DNA from: Escherichia phage vB_EcoP-101114BS3
Direction: 5' to 3' (one strand)
DNA: 64,000 nucleotides
Sequence record: MZ234015.1
Under the pieces are notes generated by a model that saw only the letters and a list, made by a program, of their open reading frames with translations, made no database searches and was not told the DNA's origin. Below are positions 47,928 through 56,263 of the stretch, piece by piece. The number at the start of each line of letters is the position of its first letter. Positions within the stretch are counted from its first letter, which is position 1. The position numbers and the translations under genes are program-made.

Positions 47928-48371
47928 TTACTTAACTCTTGCTGTTTTGAGTGGGTCAATATATTTTTCAACTCCCCACTTATGTTTACTATCAGCGTAG
48001 AAAACATCTGGTGCACATTGGCTAGTAGTAGGAAATGCTTTCGGTGGCTTAGTGCTACCTTTATTCTTCTGCTTACCTTTAGTGCGACCATTACAAAAGA
48101 TTTCTAAACGTTTTTCTTGTTCTGTTTTTGCTGCACCATTGGTTAACAGAGAACGCTTGTGATCAGCAAGAAGAAGCGCATCAGCACGATGAACACGACG
48201 ACCTAACACCTTCGCTACGGTAGAAGGTTTATGTTCTTGAGCGGCTTGTTTGATAGCTCTTCGTTTAAGGCTACGTTTGCTAATATGGTTAACAGCGGCT
48301 GGCTTTTCTTTTTCCAGCTCATTCATAGAGAACACTCGTCCGCCTTTCATGCTGATTTTAGATTTAGCCAT
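47928..48371 (-). CDS. Basic (Lys/Arg-rich) hypothetical protein
   Basis: 147-aa ORF preceded by a GGA-type SD and an extended -10-like element. Confidence 0.6.
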   Translation of the reverse strand: MAKSKISMKGGRVFSMNELEKEKPAAVNHISKRSLKRRAIKQAAQEHKPSTVAKVLGRRVHRADALLLADHKRSLLTNGAAKTEQEKRLEIFCNGRTKGKQKNKGSTKPPKAFPTTSQCAPDVFYADSKHKWGVEKYIDPLKTARVK

Positions 48372-48392
48372 TGTTTTATTCCTTTCGCTGAT

Positions 48393-48401
48393 AAATTATA
48401 T
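48393..48401 (-). promoter_or_regulatory. Extended -10-like element (TGATATAAT)
   Basis: Minus-sense GCATGATATAAT about 30 nt upstream of the ATG of 47928-48371 and just after a 7-bp hairpin. Confidence 0.35.
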
Positions 48402-48441
48402 CATGCAAGCCTTACCACATAGCAAGGCTTAACCAAATAAC

Positions 48442-48651
48442 TTAATCAATTAAACTAAACGATTTCCAACTACGTGTAATTGCTACCTTTTCGCCATCAA
48501 AGAGAACACTTACAGAGATCAGTTTACCGCGACAACTGGATACCGTGGTAATACGTCCGGTTAATGCCTTACCTTTATTCAGGTAGTGATAGCGGACACG
48601 ACGTCCTAACAAACGAGTAGCTTTCTTCTCTAACGTGCTTAAGCTGGTCAT
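48442..48651 (-). CDS. Hypothetical protein
   Basis: 69-aa ORF. Confidence 0.45.
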   Translation of the reverse strand: MTSLSTLEKKATRLLGRRVRYHYLNKGKALTGRITTVSSCRGKLISVSVLFDGEKVAITRSWKSFSLID

Positions 48652-48872
48652 TAAATAGCCCCTTTATGTTGGAGTGATCTTACACGACGATACATAACAG
48701 TTGATGCACTAATCGCCGCTTGTTTTCTTTCGTGCTCATGCTGATTCTTTCGAATCTTATCCATCTCGGCATCATTACGACGACGTTGTAAGATTCTGCT
48801 ACATTTGCGATGGTTGTTATTAGCACGTGCTTTCTTACAGATAGGGCAAAGGTGGGATTGAGTTAAAATCAT
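48651..48872 (-). CDS. Hypothetical basic protein with CPIC motif
   Basis: 73-aa ORF. Confidence 0.45.
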   Translation of the reverse strand: MILTQSHLCPICKKARANNNHRKCSRILQRRRNDAEMDKIRKNQHEHERKQAAISASTVMYRRVRSLQHKGAI

Positions 48873-49093
48873 TTGCGAAGCCCTAACTTACGAAGGAATC
48901 GGCCTAGCTTAGTTTCCTGCGTGATAGTGTAAGTAACAGAGTTTTCAATCAATGCTTGTTCTTGAATCGGCGACGGATACCACTCGCCAGTAAGAATGCA
49001 TTTGCATTCGATTCCGTATTTATCGGTTTTACGATATGTCATGTTGTTGAGAATGTTACGATACATCTTAACTTCTGTTTTCAGTTTTGGCAT
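48869..49093 (-). CDS. Hypothetical protein
   Basis: 74-aa ORF. Confidence 0.45.
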   Translation of the reverse strand: MPKLKTEVKMYRNILNNMTYRKTDKYGIECKCILTGEWYPSPIQEQALIENSVTYTITQETKLGRFLRKLGLRK

Positions 49094-49201
49094 GGTGTTT
49101 ATCTCTTTTTAGTTTCTTTGATTAGTACACTGAATCAATGCACTAGTAAAAGAAAAGGCGCTACCCTTTCGAATAGCGCCTTATGTGTTCTTTATTGTTG
49201 G

Positions 49202-50113
49202 TTATGCTGCCTGTTGGCGTGCTGCCATGATTTCGGCAGCTTTGCGCAACACTTCTTCTTCTTCCTGCGCAGCTTTCTCGTTCGCTTTGATAGTTGAAGC
49301 ATTTGAGATGCGACCACGAAGGTTAGACAATTTTTCAGTCATTTCGTTGATCGCTTTTTCCATTTCATCAGCGTATGAGTCCAGAGATTCAAGCTCTTTA
49401 GTCGAGGCATTAATCAGGTAGTCGTCGCTGATAGATACAGTTGATGCGGTCACTTTCTTAAGGAGTGAATCGAAAGTTTTCTTAACTTTGCCTACTTCTT
49501 CACTCAATGCGATAGTATTGTCAGAAGATGCGCCGTTGCGTTCATCTGCCAGTAGTGCCGCTTCAATACGGATTGCAGCCAGACGGTCAACCAGTGCATA
49601 AATATCCTGATTAAAGTTTTCGTTAACCTTCTGGTTGATTTGATTTGCTACCGGAACATTGTCGTTGCAACCTTTGTAGAATGCTGGGTTATCAACCTGC
49701 ACGTCTTCACCTTTAGCAAAGCGTTCAAAGGAATTAGACCAGCGGGCGCGGTTTTGTTCCATTTTGGCCTTAACTTGTTCCGGTTTAGCATCCTCTTTCG
49801 CTTTCGCTTCACCTTCCAGATTAATCCATTTCTTTTTACCGTTCGCCCCGTCAGTGTTATATTTGATAGGAGTAAGGAAAGAGATTGCAACCGAAATTAC
49901 ATCTAAATCACGATAACGCTCAGTTAACAAGAAATCAACCGCCGCCTGCAATACATCCAGTTTCTTACCGTTGGTGCGGAAGTGCTGCAAATGGCCTAAC
50001 AGGAAGTTAGAAACATCTTGTTTGATTGCCGCGTTGTTGCTACGAATGTTGTTAGCCAGTGCATTAAAGCCGGATTCGTTAACCAGATTAAAAACTTTAG
50101 CCATGATATTCAC
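49202..50113 (-). CDS. Hypothetical protein (303 aa), first gene of the minus-strand block
   Basis: Long ORF with helical charged C-terminus; upstream region has a perfect 12-bp inverted repeat and a GAGCGGGGCA hairpin motif. Confidence 0.65.
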   Translation of the reverse strand: MNIMAKVFNLVNESGFNALANNIRSNNAAIKQDVSNFLLGHLQHFRTNGKKLDVLQAAVDFLLTERYRDLDVISVAISFLTPIKYNTDGANGKKKWINLEGEAKAKEDAKPEQVKAKMEQNRARWSNSFERFAKGEDVQVDNPAFYKGCNDNVPVANQINQKVNENFNQDIYALVDRLAAIRIEAALLADERNGASSDNTIALSEEVGKVKKTFDSLLKKVTASTVSISDDYLINASTKELESLDSYADEMEKAINEMTEKLSNLRGRISNASTIKANEKAAQEEEEVLRKAAEIMAARQQAA

Positions 50114-50171
50114 CTTTCAATTGTAAGGGCACTATGCCCCGCTCTCTATGAGCTTTTTAAGTCACTATTGA

Positions 50172-50211
50172 CTTATCAATAATCACTCAATATCAAGTAA
50201 TTATTGATAAG
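50172..50211. repeat. Perfect 12-bp inverted repeat (CTTATCAATAAT ... ATTATTGATAAG) with 16-bp spacer; operator-like
   Basis: Read directly from sequence; lies 60-100 bp upstream of the start of 49202-50113. Confidence 0.6.
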
Positions 50212-50920
50212 CGAGGCGGTCTTATCAGGAGTTAACCTTGCCGCCTCCTTATCCGTGATGTTTCATCTGGTATCTTTAATTAGTCGCTATAAATAAAGCC
50301 GACCTGATAGCGATGATCAATCATCACAATAAGGCAGTGCGTCCGACTCTATTTAATTACTTTATCGTAACCGTCGGCAATATCGTCTACTTTGCTTTCG
50401 CTCCCGCCTATCCTTTTGTACTAACTCTCAATCGCTAACCATCGCCCACTACGGGAGGTTATTGCGAAAGAGTCATTAGCCGTCTAATACATTGACGTTT
50501 TATATCTTTCAGCAGGTTTACTACATAAACTGATTATGTACGCCATCAATAGTGGCCTCAAATCATTCACATCGTAAACGTTCACACTAAACCTTATTGT
50601 TAAATAGCAATTTGCCACTTTTTAACCATTCACCGCCGCCCCCAATTGGGCGTTAATTCGTCGGATTTGCCTACCCTGATAAACTTCTTTCACTGTAGCA
50701 CCTTGTTAGCGATGGCCGCCGCTACCCTTTAACCGTGGGCGATTAGTTTAGGCCGTTGCGTGTACTCAATGAATCCGTTTTATCAGTGGTGACGTTTCCA
50801 GTTAAGGGATTGTAAAAACTGTTTACCCTGATAATTTAGGGAGTCTTACGCCGTTTTATCTGGTATGTTTTCCGATGGTTATTATCATCCAACATATTCA
50901 ACCGATATAGGAGAATGTTT

Positions 50921-50937
50921 AAATTGTTAAAGAGCGG
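50921..50937 (+). repeat. AAATTGTTAAAGAGCGG exact 17-mer (copy 1)
   Basis: Identical 17-mer at 51288-51304; related TTAAAGAGCGGTG at ~51158 and TTAAGCGGT at ~50997 and ~51124; inverted GAGCGGGGCA variant at 50127-50150. Confidence 0.55.
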
Positions 50938-51287
50938 TAAATCTATCAGTGTGCTTTCTCACACTATGCAACTGTTAGCCGTTGTTACGCTTTTCTTAAG
51001 CGGTGAATTGCTTAAGTGTGCTCATTATGAATCATGCTGTTTTAGCTGTCAACCGCTTTTTTAATCTTTTTCGTCGTTCCCTTTATTGGGAGGATATATC
51101 AATCAGCTATATTTGATTGAAGATTAAGCGGTAAGGCTTAACTCACGATTCATATTTTTAAAGAGCGGTGTTTCTTACTGCTTGGTGAACATTCTATCAG
51201 AGTATTTCACCTTGTCAACTCTTTTTATCATCTTCTTTTATTCTATTCCCTTATCTCGCTTGAATCTATGCGAAAGGGCAAGATGAT

Positions 51288-51304
51288 AAATTGTTAAAGA
51301 GCGG
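51288..51304 (+). repeat. AAATTGTTAAAGAGCGG exact 17-mer (copy 2), followed by GGCAC-TAA-GTGCC hairpin
   Basis: See 50921-50937. Confidence 0.55.
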
Positions 51305-51439
51305 GGCACTAAGTGCCGGATGTTTCAAGTCATCGCTGACCGTGTGAACATCTTATCATAATGATTCGATGTGTCAACAACTATTTTTCGATTAATGCAT
51401 CTTGATAAACTAGCGACCGTTAAGGCCGCTAACCTTACC

Positions 51440-51679
51440 TTAGTTCATACGTTTAAAGGTTAAATCTTTATCTGTACTTACCAGCGATAACACCGCAATA
51501 GCTTTGCCTTTATCGGCATCGGCTACCATCTCTTTTGCCTGCTGTAATGTACTACCGACTATTCTCATAATCATGTTAGTAACGTTAATGCTAGTGCAAG
51601 TGATTTGCGTGTCTTTGCTTGAGAAGGTGTAGATGTTCATTGATAAATCCTCGTTATGGCATGGTTGAGAGTTTATCAA
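51440..51679 (-). CDS. Hypothetical protein
   Basis: 79-aa ORF; start uncertain. Confidence 0.4.
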   Translation of the reverse strand: MINSQPCHNEDLSMNIYTFSSKDTQITCTSINVTNMIMRIVGSTLQQAKEMVADADKGKAIAVLSLVSTDKDLTFKRMN

Positions 51680-51952
51680 GATACACTAATCGAATTATTA
51701 AAGAGCAAGGCTAAACATCTAGCCTATCAGGAGGTAACTTACTGCATCACGTCCTGATAAGATTCAATATACACTATCCTAAAACCGTTGCAAGTCTTTT
51801 TCTAAAATAATTTCACTTTCTTTTAGGCATAAAGGAACGAACACACGAATAACATCAAGGGAGGAAGAAAACAAGCTCTATAATCGAAATCTAGGCACAT
51901 AGGAAGCATCCTAGCGAGCTAAACAGGGGCAAGATGTGCAATCACCTTAGAA

Positions 51953-51980
51953 ATGAAAAAAGCGCCTCAAAAGGGCGCTT
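51953..51980 (-). terminator. Rho-independent terminator
   Basis: Minus-sense AGCGCC...GGCGCU hairpin followed by U5, after the stop of 52000-52371. Confidence 0.55.
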
Positions 51981-51999
51981 AGAGAGTCTTACGGATTGG

Positions 52000-52371
52000 T
52001 TACGGATTGGTGCAAGTGCCGTTACCGGATGATATTTCGTTCATCGACTCATCGAACAACGTCATGCTAGACCGCATCATGTGATCTATAGTGATTTGCT
52101 TTCCGGTAATTTCGTTAACAAGCATTGCAGACTTACTATCAACTATCTTGCTGTCGTAGTCGTTCAGGTCAATCAATACTACCTTGCTGGACTTCTTGCC
52201 AGTGTCGTAGTTTTCCATAAGATAGGTGCATTGCAGACCATCTAAACTAGCCTCGTTGAATACGGCAGCATAGGACACGGAAGAAATAGCGAACAAAGCA
52301 GAACATACAGCTAATTTAATTTTCATGATCCAACCCTTAAGCGGAACGTGCAACAAAGAAAAACAAGTCAT
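52000..52371 (-). CDS. Secreted protein (signal peptide)
   Basis: MKIKLAVCSALFAISSVSYAAVF signal-peptide-like N-terminus. Confidence 0.5.
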   Translation of the reverse strand: MTCFSLLHVPLKGWIMKIKLAVCSALFAISSVSYAAVFNEASLDGLQCTYLMENYDTGKKSSKVVLIDLNDYDSKIVDSKSAMLVNEITGKQITIDHMMRSSMTLFDESMNEISSGNGTCTNP

Positions 52372-52418
52372 AGATAAATGCTATGATACAGAGAACTAAC
52401 AGACAATGCAAAAAATAC

Positions 52419-52691
52419 TTATGTAACATTACTCACCACTTTATCTAGATGATCATCGAACGTTTCACAAATGGATTGCACTTCGTCAATATCTAGTAAC
52501 AGACCGTGACGGGCAAAGAATTGAGCTAACTCAAGATAATCCGCACCAATAAGCATGACACCATTGAAAGGGGCGATCTTAACATCTTGAGATGTTACCA
52601 ATAATAAATTACCAATATCAGCAATAGCGTCATAATTCAGCGTAACGCCTACACCGTAATTGTGTGTTTCAATAATGGCAATAGTTTCCAT
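52419..52691 (-). CDS. Hypothetical protein
   Basis: 90-aa ORF; N-terminus resembles that of 52694-52942. Confidence 0.45.
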   Translation of the reverse strand: METIAIIETHNYGVGVTLNYDAIADIGNLLLVTSQDVKIAPFNGVMLIGADYLELAQFFARHGLLLDIDEVQSICETFDDHLDKVVSNVT

Positions 52692-52693
52692 CG

Positions 52694-52942
52694 TTAATTA
52701 TCCTCGACGGTTAGTAGTTCTTCCAGTGACAAACCGGATTTAACCAGCAAATCACGATATTCGTTAGCATCCATCGGATCGAGGCCGGATAATCGGGCAA
52801 CGGTCATGCGTGCATGTGCTGAAGACAAGGAAGCTAAAGCACGGATAGGGATCAATACAAGCCCATATTTACCGCTGATAACTAAATCACCGTGCTGGAT
52901 GCACATATGAGCATTTACTACGATTGCAAATGATTCATTCAC
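52694..52942 (-). CDS. Hypothetical protein
   Basis: 82-aa ORF. Confidence 0.45.
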   Translation of the reverse strand: MNESFAIVVNAHMCIQHGDLVISGKYGLVLIPIRALASLSSAHARMTVARLSGLDPMDANEYRDLLVKSGLSLEELLTVEDN

Positions 52943-53499
52943 TGGATAGCCTCACAATTAGCAAAGTTAATAAAGGTTGTATAAACTGCTACACCGTCAT
53001 GATATGCAGTCGTAGCGAGTATGGTTTCACTTACATCACCATAGCTAACGAGATTAGTTACAAACTGTAATTTCTCTTTCTCAACCTTCTGATACAGAGA
53101 ATACGTCACCATATCGTGATCACTATCAGCACGTTTCAATTTAATGACTGACTGAGTGCCGGATTTCTCGCCCAATGGGGTAAGAGTGACACGCACATTA
53201 GCGGTAGTGACTTCATTGAAGTGAACACGCCAGAATGCATCATTGCCATCACTTCCAACGTCACGGCAAGCCATATCAGGAGCGTTCTTAAATGTGCTAA
53301 CAAAAGATTGCAGACCAGTAGGAGCGGATAACCTCTTATCATCTTTAGCCTGCACATTGGTAGCGATAGCACTAACACCGATAGCTGCAACCAGTGCATA
53401 AGACGCTAGATTGATAGCCTGCATTGCTTTGATAGCCATTATTACTACTCCTGATAGATGAAAGATTGTTTGTCGTGTGTAGTTACTTAGGCTGATCAA
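52939..53499 (-). CDS. Secreted protein (signal peptide)
   Basis: Hydrophobic signal-like segment LASYALVAAIGVSAIATNVQA after an N-terminal extension; start uncertain. Confidence 0.5.
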   Translation of the reverse strand: MISLSNYTRQTIFHLSGVVIMAIKAMQAINLASYALVAAIGVSAIATNVQAKDDKRLSAPTGLQSFVSTFKNAPDMACRDVGSDGNDAFWRVHFNEVTTANVRVTLTPLGEKSGTQSVIKLKRADSDHDMVTYSLYQKVEKEKLQFVTNLVSYGDVSETILATTAYHDGVAVYTTFINFANCEAIQ

Positions 53500-53720
53500 C
53501 CTTCACTACTCACTATCACCGCTAACTACTTTACATCACTGCTTCATTAACGATAATTCAAACTACGATTGCAACTATATATTAAAGGAAAAACATGTCA
53601 ACCACTTATTTTCAAACTCTTTCATAACTCACTGAATATAAAAGGAATTTAATTTACTAAACTTTCTTACTCAGAGATACAGCTTACCAAATAGATGTTA
53701 TTTTATAACACTTACAGAAC

Positions 53721-53815
53721 GGGTAGCAGACCAACGGGATAGATAGATGGGTAAGACGTGCCGCATAGGTTAGCCAATGGGTAAGAAGCCTAACGAGGAA
53801 GGGGAAACGGGTAGG
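53721..53815 (+). repeat. ATGGGT(A/G)-type direct-repeat cluster I
   Basis: ACGGGTAGC, ATGGGTAAG (twice), ACGGGTAGG within 95 bp, all on the plus strand. Confidence 0.5.
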
Positions 53816-53884
53816 ATATAATGTAAGTTAGTTACAGGTAACAGGTCAGACCATGCGGTAATAAATTACCAGTCAAATTCCTAC

Positions 53885-53960
53885 TCATCAAAAGAAAAAA
53901 GAAACGCTGAAAAAAGAAAAGAATAAAAGAAAGAATAAAAATAATAACTAAAGTAAACAA
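53885..53960 (+). other. A-rich polypurine tract (AAAAGA-type reiterations)
   Basis: ~70 bp almost purely A/G on the plus strand between repeat clusters I and II. Confidence 0.5.
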
Positions 53961-54180
53961 CTACCAGTCTAATGATACATACATCAATAATCCACTCATG
54001 AAACATTAACATAGGTTATTACTATTAAACTTGGGGTAGTGTGAGGATTGTTATAATTGCATGGTGTTACCATTACTAACCTCACTATGATAGCCCTTAC
54101 TATTAGCCCTCTTATTATCACCCCTTAACAGTACATCAGAGTCTAGCCTTTCATCCTTCCTTAACATGAGTAGAAGAAAT

Positions 54181-54265
54181 ACGGGTGGGATATTACTGGT
54201 TAGATATACATGGGTAAATAATGCATGTGTAATATCAATGGGTAGGGTATTTATGGGTAGGGATA
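54181..54265 (+). repeat. ATGGGT(A/G)-type direct-repeat cluster II
   Basis: ACGGGTGGGATA, CATGGGTAAATA, AATGGGTAGGGTAT, TATGGGTAGGGATA in 85 bp. Confidence 0.55.
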
Positions 54266-54453
54266 CCACTGGTAGCAGGTAGGGCAAGGCTTAGAGCTTA
54301 AAGGCTGATTGATTTCCTAAAGGCAATTGCATTGGTAATAACCCTTTTTTAAATGAGGACTCCCCCTTTTTAGGAAACGCGCTCGGAGAGGCTAGGTCCA
54401 TCCGGTCAAATTGAAATTTTAAACTGTTATATATAAGCATAAGGAATAACTTA

Positions 54454-54618
54454 ATGTGGAAATTGAAGATGATTATTCGTCAGATCAAATGTCAACATGA
54501 ATACTACCCGATACGAATATCAAGAGGTGATGAACGATTACACGCTTATTACAAGAGTACATGGAGATGTGCAGACTGTGGTAAGGTGAGGAATAGTAAA
54601 TGGGTGGATAGGCCTTAA
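54454..54618 (+). CDS. Unlisted small zinc-ribbon protein (54 aa)
   Basis: ATG at 54454 preceded by AAGGAA; translation MWKLKMIIRQIKCQHEYYPIRISRGDERLHAYYKSTWRCADCGKVRNSKWVDRP with C..H ... C..C pairs. Confidence 0.4.
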   Translation: MWKLKMIIRQIKCQHEYYPIRISRGDERLHAYYKSTWRCADCGKVRNSKWVDRP

Positions 54619-54740
54619 CATGACATGGCCTTTATGGGTATGCCTTAATGTGGGGTAGCCTTTATGAAGTCCCCTTTACTTCAGCGTACATGGGTTTATA
54701 CATGGGTGGGCCTTTAGATGAGTACGCCTTTATGGGTTGA
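54598..54740 (+). repeat. ATGGGT(A/G/T)-type direct-repeat cluster III with GCCTTTA/GCCTTAA words
   Basis: AAATGGGTGGATAGGCC, TATGGGTATGCC, AATGTGGGGTAGCC, CATGGGTTTATA, CATGGGTGGGCC, TATGGGTTGA in ~140 bp directly upstream of the first gene of the head module. Confidence 0.55.
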
Positions 54741-54769
54741 TCACTCTCGTTTATCAGAGGAGAACAAAT

Positions 54770-55018
54770 ATGTTTCTAGACTTTTTATCAGAGGTACTTC
54801 CCTACTTCCGCACTGAGAAATGTGCATTTGTATTTGATGAAGGGGAGGAGTCAATGACTTGTTTGGGTAGATTAGTAGACCTAGACGATGATGAAGATTT
54901 TGATGCTACGATGGACATTAGTTCATTGGGCTGGTTGTACATGAGATGCTTTGTAAGTTACAAGGCTGAAACGTTTAAAGATTATCGCTATAGCGCTGAA
55001 GGAGAGAATGATGAATAA
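54770..55018 (+). CDS. Hypothetical protein (first gene of head-module operon)
   Basis: ATG at 54770 preceded by GAGGAG; the ORF track extends to a TTG at 54737. Confidence 0.5.
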   Translation: MFLDFLSEVLPYFRTEKCAFVFDEGEESMTCLGRLVDLDDDEDFDATMDISSLGWLYMRCFVSYKAETFKDYRYSAEGENDE

Positions 55019-55664
55019 TATGACAGGAACTAATACACTGAATGCAATCTATGAGAACATGGGATGTAAAGGCGAGGTTGCTTACAATGGCTCACTCCGT
55101 CCTTTATCAGAGGACACTTTCTATCTGAATCGTGTTCATGAAACTACTGGAGGTAAATCCCGAGTTGAGATGGTAAAACAACTGGCTCATGGTTCTGTGT
55201 ACGGTTATGCTCCTTCAACCCGTGAAATATGGGAAGGTTTGATTCCTCGTACAGAAGCTAAAGATGTGAAAGACTATTTCACTGTAGCAAAAGAAGTTAA
55301 ACGTAAGTGTCCATCCAATTTAGAAGTTGTTCCGTATGTAGCTGACAAACATGCACACCTACCGGACTATGCCCGTGAGATGATTGAGATGATTGAAGAA
55401 GCCGAGTATGAAGCTCTGAATAATTATTTAAATTCAAAAGATCAATGGTCACGTAATGTAGTAATTGATGAAGAAGGTAATGAAGTTGTAACGTGGGTGC
55501 ATGTTAGTGAACAAGCTCTGGACCCCGAGCTTGAAGAATACAAAAAATTTTTGGCGTCCTCTTCTTTTGAGGTAGAGAATGACAAATCTATTCCAGTTGG
55601 CTGGGAAGGTGAAACTGTAGCTCTCCAGACTTTGTTCAACCTACACGTAGGTGATGTAGATTAA
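55008..55664 (+). CDS. Hypothetical protein
   Basis: 218-aa ORF overlapping the previous stop (ATGA-type coupling). Confidence 0.6.
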   Translation: MMNNMTGTNTLNAIYENMGCKGEVAYNGSLRPLSEDTFYLNRVHETTGGKSRVEMVKQLAHGSVYGYAPSTREIWEGLIPRTEAKDVKDYFTVAKEVKRKCPSNLEVVPYVADKHAHLPDYAREMIEMIEEAEYEALNNYLNSKDQWSRNVVIDEEGNEVVTWVHVSEQALDPELEEYKKFLASSSFEVENDKSIPVGWEGETVALQTLFNLHVGDVD

Positions 55665-55675
55665 TAAAAGGCGTT

Positions 55676-55700
55676 GCCTCCTCTCGTGGGAGGCTTTTTG
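55676..55700 (+). terminator. Terminator-like hairpin with T5
   Basis: GCCTCC-TCTCGTG-GGAGGC then TTTTT; followed by TTATAATG, so possibly an attenuator/terminator-promoter pair. Confidence 0.5.
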
Positions 55701-55729
55701 TTATAATGATAATGTAGAAGGAGTATAAG

Positions 55730-56197
55730 ATGTTTGGAGAAAAAGGAGAACTCACGCCTGCACAGGTAGCTGAGATTACAGGAAGACTGCCCGGAGTAAC
55801 GGAAGAACTTGAATCCAAGGGCATGGAACCAAGCACAGGGAAGTTCACTAAAGGTAATAAATTTGGACGTCCCAAAGGTAGTAGAGGTAAATTGACACAG
55901 CTCATGCTCGATCGTGTTGCTGCTAGTCATCTGTCTCCCGATGAAGTGTTGATTCAGATTTATGAAGATCCAAATATTCCACCCGATCTTAGATTCAAGG
56001 CTGCAAGTAAAGTCGCTGATCTGGTATATCCTAAGGCAGCTTCTGTTGAGGTTAAGATTGAGGAAGAGAATGTAATCAATGAAGAATCACTGAACGCACA
56101 GATTCGAGACTTCTTGACTGGTGCACTGAAAGTGGATGTGCTACCTCCAGAGGACTCTGAGGACGCTGAAAAGGAGGAGGAAGCGGACGAGAGTTAA
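55730..56197 (+). CDS. Putative terminase small subunit (positional)
   Basis: 155-aa protein with basic N-terminal half and acidic tail, immediately upstream of the large terminase gene; no motif confirmation. Confidence 0.4.
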   Translation: MFGEKGELTPAQVAEITGRLPGVTEELESKGMEPSTGKFTKGNKFGRPKGSRGKLTQLMLDRVAASHLSPDEVLIQIYEDPNIPPDLRFKAASKVADLVYPKAASVEVKIEEENVINEESLNAQIRDFLTGALKVDVLPPEDSEDAEKEEEADES

Positions 56198-56263
56198 TAG
56201 GAATAGAGGGGAGGGTTCTTTTCGCGAGGGATCTCTCCCTTTTTTATTTTATTGGAGGAATAT

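Noticed and set aside
8958-50113. Integrase, repressor or other lysogeny module; transposase or IS element
   Set aside because: No tyrosine or serine recombinase motifs, CI-like HTH repressor or transposase was recognisable in any ORF translation; the gene content (own sigma factor, replication enzymes, nucleotide metabolism) fits a virulent phage. The HNH endonuclease is free-standing and not flanked by inverted repeats.
8958-50113. Ribonucleotide reductase or ThyA-type thymidylate synthase
   Set aside because: Searched for by motif in the larger ORFs; not found. The 405-aa and 487-aa candidates instead look like an unknown protein and a nucleotidyltransferase, and thymidylate synthesis appears to be ThyX-based.
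54051-54287. 78-aa minus-strand ORF inside the repeat clusters
   Set aside because: It runs antisense through the direct-repeat clusters and A-rich region and has a low-complexity translation; more likely a chance ORF in repetitive DNA.
54598-54740. Possible CRISPR array suggested by the regularly recurring ATGGGT/GCCTTTA words
   Set aside because: Repeat units are only ~9-12 bp, vary in sequence and spacing (9-20 bp), and there are no cas genes or leader; this fits iterons or protein-binding sites rather than CRISPR repeats and spacers.
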